64,000 bases of DNA from Candidatus Zhuqueibacterota bacterium (GTDB taxonomy: Bacteria; Zhuqueibacterota; JdFR-76; DREG01), in contig JADFJB010000004.1 of NCBI GenBank assembly GCA_022566355.1, positions 15,668-79,667 on the forward strand. The letters run 5' to 3'. Of this stretch, positions 26,902 through 36,525 are shown piece by piece (position 1 is the first letter of the stretch; each line of letters begins with the position of its first letter). The notes beneath the pieces are model-generated. The model saw nothing but the letters and a program-made list of their open reading frames with translations, had not been told where the DNA came from and did not search any database. Both the position numbers and the translations under genes were made by a program.

Positions 26902-27171
26902 ATGACACAAGAATTCGTTATTGAAATTGGAAAATATACACTATCAACTGCATTTATGGTGGCAGCGCCAATGCTTTTTTCTGGATTAATCATCGGTGTT
27001 AGCATTGGAATATTTCAAGCAGTCACACAAATACAAGAAATGACACTAACATTCATTCCAAAAATATTAGTAGTAGTTATGACTTTGTTCATTTTTTTGC
27101 CCTGGATATTAAATGTATTGACTTCATTCGCAACTGAATTATTCAACATGATTGAATTGATGAGTAAATAA
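26902..27171 (+). CDS. fliQ: Flagellar export apparatus protein FliQ
   Basis: 89-aa protein with two TM segments. GLIIGVSIGIFQAVTQIQEMTLTFIPK is the FliQ signature. Confidence 0.95.
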   Translation: MTQEFVIEIGKYTLSTAFMVAAPMLFSGLIIGVSIGIFQAVTQIQEMTLTFIPKILVVVMTLFIFLPWILNVLTSFATELFNMIELMSK

Positions 27172-27184
27172 GAAAGTAAAATCG

Positions 27185-27961
27185 GTGTTTGGTTTAACGC
27201 AGGTAGACATACTTAAATTCTTTATTATTTTCGTCAGGATGGGAGCCATCATGTTGATCTTACCCTTTTATGGCGAAAAAGGAGCTCCGGTACAGATAAA
27301 ATTAGCTTTGGCTATTATGATTACGGTAATTGTATTTCCATTGATCTCTGTAGATGCAAGTTTGCTTAGATCGGTTACGTTTTTGGGCACGTCTATTTTA
27401 TTAATCCAAAGCCTTTTGGCTGGATTGCTAATTGGCTTTATTCCTGTTTTATTATTCACAGGATTTCAACTGGGTGGAGAGATCGCGGGATTTAATATTG
27501 GATTTGCAATAGTTAGTGTGGTGGACCCCCTTTCTGAAAGCAGAATATCGTTAATAGCTCAATTCAATTATATCATCGCAATTTTGGTTTTTATTTCAAT
27601 TAATGGCCACTTCTACCTGCTTGAAGGTGTTGTAAAAAGTTTCCAAGTTATGCCATTGATTGGTTCGACATTTCCTGAGATTGCCGGACAAATGCTGCTT
27701 CAAACCAGTGCAAACATTTTTGTCATTGGAATGAAAATAGCGGCGCCAGTCCTTGTTGCCATTTTACTGACAAATACAGGATTGGGTATTCTAGCAAGGA
27801 CGATCCCCCAATTAAATATTTTCATCATTGGTTTCCCACTTCAGATTAGTGTTGGATTAATAACCCTTGGGTTGTCTATTCCAACATTTGTCTTTTTGTT
27901 CGAAAAAACATTTAAAGCAGCTTATCGTGATTGGTTGTTTTTTATCAAAGCATTTAAATGA
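27185..27961 (+). CDS. fliR: Flagellar export apparatus protein FliR
   Basis: 258-aa polytopic membrane protein following fliQ. FliR-like FLFARVSG-type N-terminus (FFIIFVRMGAIMLILPF). GTG start. Confidence 0.93.
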   Translation: MFGLTQVDILKFFIIFVRMGAIMLILPFYGEKGAPVQIKLALAIMITVIVFPLISVDASLLRSVTFLGTSILLIQSLLAGLLIGFIPVLLFTGFQLGGEIAGFNIGFAIVSVVDPLSESRISLIAQFNYIIAILVFISINGHFYLLEGVVKSFQVMPLIGSTFPEIAGQMLLQTSANIFVIGMKIAAPVLVAILLTNTGLGILARTIPQLNIFIIGFPLQISVGLITLGLSIPTFVFLFEKTFKAAYRDWLFFIKAFK

Positions 27962-27969
27962 GATAGAGT

Positions 27970-29034
27970 ATGCCTGCAACAGCAGCAGAAAAAACTGAAC
28001 GAGCTACATCGAAGAAGCGTGAAGACAGCCGAAAAAAAGGTACAGTTGTTAAAAGTACAGAGGTCAACACAGCTGTCATCCTCTTGACTGGTACATTGGC
28101 TCTTTCATTCACGGCAAGTTATTTCGTCGGGAATATCCGTTTTTTTATGACAGATGTCTTTACTCATGCCACAGAGTTTGAGATTACGGCAACGAGCATC
28201 CAGGGTTACAGCTATAATGGTATCTTGTTGCTGTTGAAAACCGTTGGTCCAATCCTCCTTAGTATTTTTTTACTTGGTATAACAGCCAATGTTATGCAGG
28301 TAGGATTTATGGTTTCAGGACAAGCGCTTAAATTTGAACTTAAAAAGATAAGTCCCTTAAGTGGATTTAAACGGATGTTTTCTGCCAAATCCGTTGCCGA
28401 TCTTGTTAAGAGTATTATCAAAATAATTGTTGTAGGTTTTTTGATTTTCTCTGCTATCAAAAGTGCATCTGAAGATTTCATTCCGCTTATGGATCAAAAT
28501 GTCGCCTACATATTTGCTTTTATCGGGATGACGATGCTGAAAATCTCTTTACGGGCTTCAATTGGTATTGTGGCTTTAGCAGCATTTGATTATGCATTCC
28601 AAAAATGGGAATATGAAAAAAGTTTGAGGATGACTAAGCAAGAAGTCAAAGAAGAAATAAAAGAGCAAGAAGGTGATCCGATAATGAAAGCCCGCATTCG
28701 CAGTATTCAGCGGGAAGCCTCAAGAAAACGAATGATGACTGAAGTGCCTAAGGCTGATGTTGTGATCACGAACCCAATTCACTATGCGGTTGCTTTGAAA
28801 TACAAGTCAGAAGAAGCCGAAGCTCCTATAGTTATTGCGAAGGGCGCTCGGAAAATGGCCCATAAGATTAAAGAGATTGCCAAAGAGCACGGTGTGCCCA
28901 TCGTTGAAAATCCAAAATTAGCCAAAACAATTTACAAGATGTGTGACCTGGGTATGCAAATCCCATTGGACCTTTACCGAAGTGTTGCAGAGATATTGGC
29001 ATATGTGTATGGCCTAAAACAGAAAGCAAATTAG
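27970..29034 (+). CDS. flhB: Flagellar export switch protein FlhB
   Basis: N-terminal EKTERATSKKREDSRKKG, four TM segments, and a C-terminal domain KQEVKEEIKEQEGDP...VVITNPIHYAVALKY...APIVIAKG. Confidence 0.96.
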   Translation: MPATAAEKTERATSKKREDSRKKGTVVKSTEVNTAVILLTGTLALSFTASYFVGNIRFFMTDVFTHATEFEITATSIQGYSYNGILLLLKTVGPILLSIFLLGITANVMQVGFMVSGQALKFELKKISPLSGFKRMFSAKSVADLVKSIIKIIVVGFLIFSAIKSASEDFIPLMDQNVAYIFAFIGMTMLKISLRASIGIVALAAFDYAFQKWEYEKSLRMTKQEVKEEIKEQEGDPIMKARIRSIQREASRKRMMTEVPKADVVITNPIHYAVALKYKSEEAEAPIVIAKGARKMAHKIKEIAKEHGVPIVENPKLAKTIYKMCDLGMQIPLDLYRSVAEILAYVYGLKQKAN

Positions 29035-29037
29035 TAA

Positions 29038-31107
29038 GTGAATCAACCAGCAAGAAATTTGATCTCCCGGATTACGGGCCATAGCGATATCCTGATGGCA
29101 TTTGGCATCATCTTGATTTTGACGATCATGATTGTGCCGATACCCACCGCTTTCATGGATTTGTTATTGGTTATAAACATCACTTTCGCACTAACTGTGT
29201 TATTGGTCACACTCTATATAAATGAACCACTCGAATTTTCTGTTTTCCCCGGTATGCTTTTGATATTGACCCTTTTTAGACTTTCGCTTAATGTGGCTAC
29301 GACAAGACTCATTTTGGGAGATGCATACGCAGGTAATGTAATTTCGGCGTTTGGTGATTTTGTTGTTGGCGGTAATTATGTAGTTGGATTTATCATTTTC
29401 CTGATTCTTGTGATTATTCAATTTGTGGTTATCACTAAAGGTGCTGGTAGAATTGCAGAAGTAGCCGCACGATTTACTTTGGATGCCATGCCCGGAAAAC
29501 AAATGGCAATTGACGCTGATTTAAATGCGGGCATTGTAGATGAAATGGAAGCGAGATCAAGGCGTGAAAAAATTTCAAATGAAGCTGATTTTTACGGAGC
29601 GATGGATGGCGCCTCGAAATTTGTAAGGGGCGATGCAATTGCAGGATTGATTGTAACTGCAGTAAATATCCTGGGTGGGTTCATCATCGGGGTATTTCAA
29701 AAGGATATGGATTTAGCAGGTGCTTTACAAACTTATATGCTTTTGACAATTGGTGACGGATTGGTATCCCAAATACCCGCATTGATTTTGTCAACTAGCG
29801 CTGGTATAATTGTAACAAGGGCATCTTCGGGTTCTAGTTTAGGTGAAGATTTAACCAAGCAGATCCTGAGTCAACCGAGAGCGTTATACATTGTTGCAGT
29901 TTCATTATTTATGTTTGGTTTTGCTCCGGGTTTACCTTTTTTTCCATTTTTTATTTTAGCAAGTTTAAGTGCAGTTGTGGCCCGAAGTTTAATCTCTTCT
30001 CAAAAGGAAACTGAACTACAAAAACAATCAGAGCTGGAAGAGAGCAAAGAGCCGGAAGAAGAAAACTTCAACCGTTACTTACAAGTGGATCCATTAGAGA
30101 TCGAAATAGGCTACGGATTAATACCATTAGTAGATGAAGACAATAACGGGGATCTTTTACACAGGATAACCTCTATTCGAAAACAATGCGCATTAGAAAT
30201 AGGCATTATCGTTCCGCCAATTAGAATTAGAGACAATATTGGGCTGGGACCAGAGGATTACGTGATTAAAATAAGGGGAGCTGAAGTTGCCAAAGGAGAA
30301 ATTTATCTGAATAGAATTATGGCCCTTCCGGCTGGTGAATTGACTAAAAAGTTTGATGGAATTGAAACAAAAGATCCGGCTTTTGGATTGCCTGCTATCT
30401 GGATATCGACGAATCAAAAAGATGAAGCTGAAAAAGAAGGATACACAGTTATCGAGCCGGGTGCTGTGCTTGTAACTCATTTGAAAGAAATTCTAAAAAA
30501 GCATGCTGATGAAATTTTGACCAGGGAAGATGTCAATGACTTAGTTGAAAATGTCAAGCAAGAAAACAATACAATTGTTGAGGAATTAATTCCCAATCTT
30601 CTTACAATCGGGAAAATCCAGAAAGTGTTACAAAACCTTCTTAGGGAAAGAGTTTCTATAAGAGATATGGTCTCAATTCTGGAAACCTTGGCTAATCATT
30701 CAAATTTAACCAAAGAGCCAGATATATTGACTGAATTTGTAAGGAGCAACTTAGCGAAGACAATCTATAAACCCTATTTATCAGAAGATAATGTGGTTTA
30801 TACTTTGACTCTCGAGCCTTCGTTAGAAAAATACCTGGCTGATAATTTAGCACAAAATAAAAATATCGGCCTCAATTTACCTCCGGATACCCTGAAGGCT
30901 CTATATCGCACTGTTGAAAAGGAATCAGGAGTCATGGCACACAGAAGTTTAAATCCTTTGATTTTATGTTCTCCAGCAATACGGTCCTTTTTAAGAAAGC
31001 TATTAGAGCTGGCGTTCCCACAAACTGCCGTATTGTCTTATAATGAAATCCCAAGCGAAGTAGATATTCAATCAATTGGAATAGTAAGGTTAGAAAATGA
31101 AAATTAA
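29038..31107 (+). CDS. flhA: Flagellar export gate protein FlhA
   Basis: Conserved FPGMLLILTLFRLSLNVATTRLIL, RIAEVAARFTLDAMPGKQMAIDADL and FVRGDAIAG motifs. 689 aa. GTG start. Confidence 0.97.
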   Translation: MNQPARNLISRITGHSDILMAFGIILILTIMIVPIPTAFMDLLLVINITFALTVLLVTLYINEPLEFSVFPGMLLILTLFRLSLNVATTRLILGDAYAGNVISAFGDFVVGGNYVVGFIIFLILVIIQFVVITKGAGRIAEVAARFTLDAMPGKQMAIDADLNAGIVDEMEARSRREKISNEADFYGAMDGASKFVRGDAIAGLIVTAVNILGGFIIGVFQKDMDLAGALQTYMLLTIGDGLVSQIPALILSTSAGIIVTRASSGSSLGEDLTKQILSQPRALYIVAVSLFMFGFAPGLPFFPFFILASLSAVVARSLISSQKETELQKQSELEESKEPEEENFNRYLQVDPLEIEIGYGLIPLVDEDNNGDLLHRITSIRKQCALEIGIIVPPIRIRDNIGLGPEDYVIKIRGAEVAKGEIYLNRIMALPAGELTKKFDGIETKDPAFGLPAIWISTNQKDEAEKEGYTVIEPGAVLVTHLKEILKKHADEILTREDVNDLVENVKQENNTIVEELIPNLLTIGKIQKVLQNLLRERVSIRDMVSILETLANHSNLTKEPDILTEFVRSNLAKTIYKPYLSEDNVVYTLTLEPSLEKYLADNLAQNKNIGLNLPPDTLKALYRTVEKESGVMAHRSLNPLILCSPAIRSFLRKLLELAFPQTAVLSYNEIPSEVDIQSIGIVRLENEN

Positions 31108-32308
31108 AAAATTCTCTGCTCCAGATACCAAGGTTGCGATGCAGCAGGTTAAAGAAGTTTTGGGTGACCATGCAATTATTTTGCATGTACAGGAGAAAGC
31201 AGATCCCAAAACTAAGAAAAAATTTGTGGAAGTTACTGCTGCCCTGGATGACGATTATCAAAAATATAATAATATCGCCGATCAATTATTTACAGCTACA
31301 TCCAATAATTCAGCTGCTTCAGTTTCCAGGATAAATACGCTTCTCGGTAAACCGGAAAGGCCAGGTTCGTACACGCACAATTATTCAAATCGAGACCCGT
31401 TTACCGGCCATTCCGATGTTGAAAAATTTTCTTCCTGGCGTGAATTTGAAGATGTAAAAAGCCAATTGGCTTCAATTACCACACTATTACAAAACAACGG
31501 CTATCCGGAATTTCCACCAATGTTTATGGATGTTTATGCGATGCTAGTTTCCAAGGGTGTGGAAAAAAGATTAGCAGCCGTCTTACTTAGAAAAGTCGAA
31601 CGAGAAATTAAATCCAATGTCAGGGTAACAAGAAAATTAGTAAAGGGGATACTAGGTAAGAACATTGAAAAATTTATTTCTGAATTTGACACCATTCACG
31701 AAAATAAAAAAACCGGGAAAAAAATTAAAGCATTCGTCGGACCAACCGGTGTTGGTAAGACCACCTGTATAGCAAAATTATCTGCTATTGACACGGTGTA
31801 CGATAATCGTAAAGTAGGGTTAATATCAACAGATACATATAGAATTGGTGCGATCGAACAGCTTAAAACCTATGCCAATATAACGAAGACGCCGCTAGAA
31901 GTGATTTATTCCCCAAAAGAAATGAAACATGCTTTAGCAAGATTGCAGGACATGGAAACCATCTACATCGATACACCTGGAAGAAGCCAAAAAAACCTGG
32001 ATGCGATCATAGAACTCTCAAAATTCCTGGACCATTGTCCAAACCTGGAAATCAGCCTGGTGATGAGTTTAACCTGTAATCTCGACAATCTGCAAGATGT
32101 TTTAACCAATTATTCAATTCTGCCTATAGATAATTTATTATTCACCAAATACGATGAGACAGAAACAGCCGGCAATATTTTAAACATCGTTCACCAAGCC
32201 CAAAAGCCTGTTTCATTTATTTCAACCGGACAAAATGTCCCTGAAGATATTAAGGAAGCTAATGCGAGGATCATTTCAAATATGATTATGGGAGAGAAAA
32301 AATCATGA
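31097..32308 (+). CDS. flhF: Flagellar placement SRP-type GTPase FlhF
   Basis: N-terminal MKIKKF...AMQQVKEVLGDHAIIL, G1 GPTGVGKTT, DTYRIGA, DTPGRS, TKYDET. Confidence 0.9.
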   Translation: MKIKKFSAPDTKVAMQQVKEVLGDHAIILHVQEKADPKTKKKFVEVTAALDDDYQKYNNIADQLFTATSNNSAASVSRINTLLGKPERPGSYTHNYSNRDPFTGHSDVEKFSSWREFEDVKSQLASITTLLQNNGYPEFPPMFMDVYAMLVSKGVEKRLAAVLLRKVEREIKSNVRVTRKLVKGILGKNIEKFISEFDTIHENKKTGKKIKAFVGPTGVGKTTCIAKLSAIDTVYDNRKVGLISTDTYRIGAIEQLKTYANITKTPLEVIYSPKEMKHALARLQDMETIYIDTPGRSQKNLDAIIELSKFLDHCPNLEISLVMSLTCNLDNLQDVLTNYSILPIDNLLFTKYDETETAGNILNIVHQAQKPVSFISTGQNVPEDIKEANARIISNMIMGEKKS

Positions 32309-33162
32309 CTAAAGATCAAGCCTCTAAGTTACGAGATCTAATACCCGGAAAAGAAACTTTTCCCAGGGTTGAAAACTCACTTGCTACCCAAAGAATAGGA
32401 ATTACTTCCGGAAAAGGTGGAGTCGGTAAAAGTATAATTGCACTCAATTTGTCTATTCTGTTAGCCAAAAGCCATCGCCCGACGTTGCTAATTGATGGGG
32501 ATTTGAATTTATCGAATATATCCATCTTGACAGATACGGCTCCTGAATTCGGTTTTTTGGATGTTAAGCAAGGTAATAAATTATTGAAAGATGTAATATT
32601 CCCTTACCAGGATAATTTGTCCATTTTGACGTCAGGTTCCGGCGAATTGAAATTGTTAAATTCAAAAGATGAATTTCTAAACCATCTTCGCATTCAATTC
32701 CAACAATTAGACGGTAAATTTGATTATGTCTGTATCGATTCACCATCAGGAATTTCTTCCCTGGTTTTTGGTGAATTGGCTTCCTGCGATGAAGTATTCG
32801 TTGTTTCCACACCCGATCCGACTTCGATAACCGATGCTTACGCTATTGTTAAGATGATGACCTATTTTTATCCCCATATCCCATTATACCTGATTTTGAA
32901 TTTTGTAAGGTCGGAAGACGATGCTTTTGAAGCCTATAAGAAATTTGATCTCATTACAGAAAAATTCTTGCACAGACAAATCAATTATTTGGGCTGTCTT
33001 AATTATTCGGATGAAGTAATTCAATCTGTACTGCAACAACAACCCTTAGCGCTAAGGGAGGGGTCTAGTATATTTATCGATCAACTTAAGAAGATTATGA
33101 ATCGTTGGCTGGAATCGGCACATAGTGGCTATGAGTCGATTATGGAGTTCAGCACAAGCTAA
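32305..33162 (+). CDS. flhG: MinD/ParA-type flagellar number regulator FlhG (FleN/YlxH)
   Basis: The N-terminal DQASKLRDL matches the FlhF-activating DQAxxLR motif. Deviant Walker A is SGKGGVGKS. Follows flhF. Confidence 0.88.
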   Translation: MTKDQASKLRDLIPGKETFPRVENSLATQRIGITSGKGGVGKSIIALNLSILLAKSHRPTLLIDGDLNLSNISILTDTAPEFGFLDVKQGNKLLKDVIFPYQDNLSILTSGSGELKLLNSKDEFLNHLRIQFQQLDGKFDYVCIDSPSGISSLVFGELASCDEVFVVSTPDPTSITDAYAIVKMMTYFYPHIPLYLILNFVRSEDDAFEAYKKFDLITEKFLHRQINYLGCLNYSDEVIQSVLQQQPLALREGSSIFIDQLKKIMNRWLESAHSGYESIMEFSTS

Positions 33163-33181
33163 ACTAGAAGGAGAGCGAGTT

Positions 33182-33988
33182 ATGACACTGCAGACAATTG
33201 CAGCAAAGGAATATAAAAGCACAAATCAGAATGAAGACCCCAGTGATTTGTGGCAAATGTATACTAAAACCAAGAATCGGGCCATTAAAGAAAAGCTTCT
33301 CATAAAATATCTTCCTTTGGTAAAATATGTGGTTGGAAGAATGATTCTTACGCTTCCCAATTCTGTGAATTATGACGATTTGGTAAGCGCAGGAACAATG
33401 GGACTGCTTGCGGCCATCGATAGATTCGATATAAAAATGGGTGTGAAATTTGAAACTTATGTCGTTCCAAGAATTCGCGGATCTATCCTGGATGAACTAA
33501 GAGCGTTGGATTGGGTACCACGTTCAGTTCGCAGTAAAGCGAAAAAGCTTGAAAAAGCCATTATGAGTATCGAATCACAGCTTGGACGTGTCGCAACTGC
33601 TGAAGAAATTGCGGATGAATTGCAAATGGACCTGGAAGAATACGAACATATGCTTTCTAAGGTGGGTGATAACTCAATGATGTCCCTCGATCGTGAATTC
33701 TATGAGTCTAGCGAAACCAACGGTACTCTTTACGATCTAATTACCAATGTTAAATCTGAAGATCCGATTAAAATAATGGAGAATGATGAGTTAAATGATA
33801 TTCTGGTTGAATATTTAAATAGTCTGCCAGAAAACGAAAAATTGGTTTTAGCATTGTATTACTATGAAGATCTAACTCTCAAAGAGATTGGTATGGTGAT
33901 GCAAGTTTCCGAGTCAAGAGTTTCCCAAATCCATACCAAAGCGGTTCAACGCCTTAGATTAAAACTTAAAGAGTTTATTTATTCATGA
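33182..33988 (+). CDS. fliA: Flagellar sigma factor FliA (sigma-28)
   Basis: Region 2 (LVSAGTMGLLAAIDRFD...FETYVVPRIRGSILDELR) and region 4 HTH (LTLKEIGMVMQVSESRVSQIHTKA). Internal ATG 33182 with GAAGGAGA upstream was chosen. Confidence 0.93.
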   Translation: MTLQTIAAKEYKSTNQNEDPSDLWQMYTKTKNRAIKEKLLIKYLPLVKYVVGRMILTLPNSVNYDDLVSAGTMGLLAAIDRFDIKMGVKFETYVVPRIRGSILDELRALDWVPRSVRSKAKKLEKAIMSIESQLGRVATAEEIADELQMDLEEYEHMLSKVGDNSMMSLDREFYESSETNGTLYDLITNVKSEDPIKIMENDELNDILVEYLNSLPENEKLVLALYYYEDLTLKEIGMVMQVSESRVSQIHTKAVQRLRLKLKEFIYS

Positions 33989-34008
33989 ACGATTGACAAG
34001 GAGGGGCT

Positions 34009-34320
34009 ATGGTAGCGCCCTTACATTTACAAGATAATCTTTCAAAAATTCCTTTAGTACAAAAAATTCATGATTCATCCCAAGTTATACCGCAAGTGAA
34101 CAAAGATCAGATAAAAGAGCAAATAAAACAGGATGCAACTAAAGAAGCGACTACAACAAAAGAATCAAAACACGGAGAGAAAGTAGAGATTCGGGATGAT
34201 AATCGGGACCGTAACAGAAGAAGAAAGAAAAGGAAATTCCGTAAAACCGGAGATTCATCAGAAGATAATACAGAAAAAATTGAATCTAAGATGGGGCAAC
34301 TAATCGACATAACAGTTTAG
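34009..34320 (+). CDS. Small, highly charged hypothetical protein downstream of fliA
   Basis: 103-aa ORF with AAGGAGG upstream. K/E/D/R-rich and predicted disordered, with a RNRRRKKRKFRK stretch. No recognisable family. Confidence 0.45.
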   Translation: MVAPLHLQDNLSKIPLVQKIHDSSQVIPQVNKDQIKEQIKQDATKEATTTKESKHGEKVEIRDDNRDRNRRRKKRKFRKTGDSSEDNTEKIESKMGQLIDITV

Positions 34321-34335
34321 GTTTGGAGCATATTC

Positions 34336-35295
34336 TTGAGCAAAAACATTAATTCAGACCAAATCAAAAATGTAATTCAGCATATTTTTGATTTACCGAC
34401 ATTACCCACAACGATAGCTAGAATGATTGAGGTTATTGACCATCCATCATCTTCAGCCCAAACACTGGATAGAATTATTTCAGGAGACCAGGCTCTCGCA
34501 GCCCAGATTTTAAAACTTGCAAACTCCGCTTATTATGGATTTCCAAGAAAAATAAATACAATTACTTTGGCGATAGTCGTTCTTGGTTTTGAAACGGTTA
34601 AAAATTTCGGATTGAGTGTATCAGTCATAGATCGATTTTCCTGCTATAATAATACGGCTCCATTTGATATTTATCTTTTTTGGGAACATTCCATTTGTAC
34701 TGCTCTCGCCAGTCGTTTACTTGCCAGGGAGTGTGGTTACCAGCCTGCCGGAGAAGCTTTTGCAACAGGTCTCCTTCATGATTTGGGCAAATATGTCATT
34801 AGCTTGCATTTTAGAAATGAATTTGAAATTGTTATCAAACAAATGATAGAAGAAGATATTCCGATGTTTGAAGCGGAAGAACAGCAATTATCGGGAATCA
34901 ACCATGCACATGCAGGCGCATGGCTTGCAGAAAAATGGAACCTATCGGATTCAATTGTGGAAGGTATCTATTTCCACCATAAACCGCAATTAGCGCTGAA
35001 ACATCAAAGGCTCGTTTGGATTATCCATTTTGCAAATTACCTGACCAAAAAAATTGGTGCAGGTTTTTCGGGAGATCTTTCAACAAATTGCTTCCAGGAG
35101 GAGGCCATTCTTGCACTAAATTTAGTTTTGGATGGGAATGGCAATATTGATGAAGACTACTATTTTAAGAAAATTAGTCAGGAAATCGAAAAAGAACAAG
35201 CTTTGTTTGATTTGGTCCGAAATCGCCCGGGAGATAAGCAATTAAGCAATTACCAAGATAATCAATGGAGTGAATATGCCACTAACCATGCATGA
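34336..35295 (+). CDS. HDOD domain protein
   Basis: LPTLPTTIARMIEVIDHPSSSAQTLDRIISGDQALAAQILKLANSAYYG, GLLHDLGK and HAHAGAWLAEKWNLSDSIVEGIYFHH fit the HDOD pattern. TTG start. Confidence 0.8.
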   Translation: MSKNINSDQIKNVIQHIFDLPTLPTTIARMIEVIDHPSSSAQTLDRIISGDQALAAQILKLANSAYYGFPRKINTITLAIVVLGFETVKNFGLSVSVIDRFSCYNNTAPFDIYLFWEHSICTALASRLLARECGYQPAGEAFATGLLHDLGKYVISLHFRNEFEIVIKQMIEEDIPMFEAEEQQLSGINHAHAGAWLAEKWNLSDSIVEGIYFHHKPQLALKHQRLVWIIHFANYLTKKIGAGFSGDLSTNCFQEEAILALNLVLDGNGNIDEDYYFKKISQEIEKEQALFDLVRNRPGDKQLSNYQDNQWSEYATNHA

Positions 35296-36520
35296 AATTG
35301 ATAAATCCATTAATACAAATGTTGATTTCATTAAATCTTTCCAAATGTTAAATAGCGTAAATAATTGGGTGATTTTTTTGGATCGTTATCGTGAAACAAT
35401 TCAAAAAGTACTTCCTTGCAAAAGTATTACGTTATTTGAATATGATGAAAGAAAAAAATTGCATTTTGTCGCTGATGTATTTCCACAGAAATTTCATGGA
35501 TTTGTAAATCACCAGTTGGAAGAGGGTATTATTTCCTGGGCTCAACTTCACAATGAAGTATTTATTTCAGAAACAGAGTTTTGTTATGATGAATTTCATC
35601 CATCCAAATCCATATTTATGCCTTTGCACCAGAACAAACAACCAAGAGGTGTGATTGAAATTTTACCGGAGAATTCCATTCATCTCGAAAATGGATCAGT
35701 CCTCAGCCATCTTAAAATATTATGTACTCTCATATCAGATAAAATAGAAATTCTCAAATTAAGCTCAAAATTAGCTGAAAAGGAGAGCATGCTTGAAAGA
35801 ATTACCAACCAGTTTGAGATGACGAATAAAATGGTTTCGTTGGGTGAATTAGCCGGAAGTGTTGCACATGAAATCAATAATCCAATGACCACGATTCTGG
35901 GACGGCTGCAATTATTGATCGAGTCTAATTCATTACCCGATCAGGTACAAAATAAGATGAAAGTAATTGAAACCCAGGCTAATCGAGTATCAAAACTCAT
36001 TCATGCACTCTTATCTTTTGCACGAGGAAATAATGAAAGTATCGACGAAGAAATAAACATCAACCAGGTAATTAATAGTTCCTTGGATTTAACGTGCCAT
36101 AATTTGAAGATTAATAAAATTGAAATAAGTACAAATTTAGTGGATGACTTGCCAGTAATATATGGTAACCCGATTCAATTACAGCAGGTTTTTATTAATC
36201 TAATTAACAATGCCCAGCACGCAATGCAGGCCAAGGGAAAATTAACAATCGGGACTCGCCTTTTTGATGCAGGTGTTTGTATTACTATAAAAGATAATGG
36301 TTCCGGCATTGATCCCAAAGATCACGAAAAAATTTTTGAATTGCTTTACTCCACAAAAAAAACATCTGGTGGTACCGGATTAGGCTTATCAATATGCAAA
36401 CAAATCGTACAGAAATATAACGGAACAATTTCAGTGGATAGCCAATTAGGCCAGGGAACAAAATTTGAAATTTATATTCCATTCAAAAGTAACCAAAAGA
36501 AACGGAAGTTGAGGAGATAG
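35276..36520 (+). CDS. Cytoplasmic sensor histidine kinase (GAF-like N-terminus, HisKA, HATPase_c)
   Basis: H box SVAHEINNPMTTILG, N box LINNAQHAM, G boxes DNGSGI and GTGLGLSICKQIV. No TM segments are apparent. Confidence 0.9.
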   Translation: MPLTMHEIDKSINTNVDFIKSFQMLNSVNNWVIFLDRYRETIQKVLPCKSITLFEYDERKKLHFVADVFPQKFHGFVNHQLEEGIISWAQLHNEVFISETEFCYDEFHPSKSIFMPLHQNKQPRGVIEILPENSIHLENGSVLSHLKILCTLISDKIEILKLSSKLAEKESMLERITNQFEMTNKMVSLGELAGSVAHEINNPMTTILGRLQLLIESNSLPDQVQNKMKVIETQANRVSKLIHALLSFARGNNESIDEEININQVINSSLDLTCHNLKINKIEISTNLVDDLPVIYGNPIQLQQVFINLINNAQHAMQAKGKLTIGTRLFDAGVCITIKDNGSGIDPKDHEKIFELLYSTKKTSGGTGLGLSICKQIVQKYNGTISVDSQLGQGTKFEIYIPFKSNQKKRKLRR

Positions 36521-36525
36521 AATTA

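Noticed and set aside
31134-31334. 66-aa + strand ORF inside flhF in another frame; similar out-of-frame ORFs at 34664-34846, 45450-45644, 58613-58798 and 62824-63045
   Set aside because: Embedded out of frame in well-supported genes, with no motifs.
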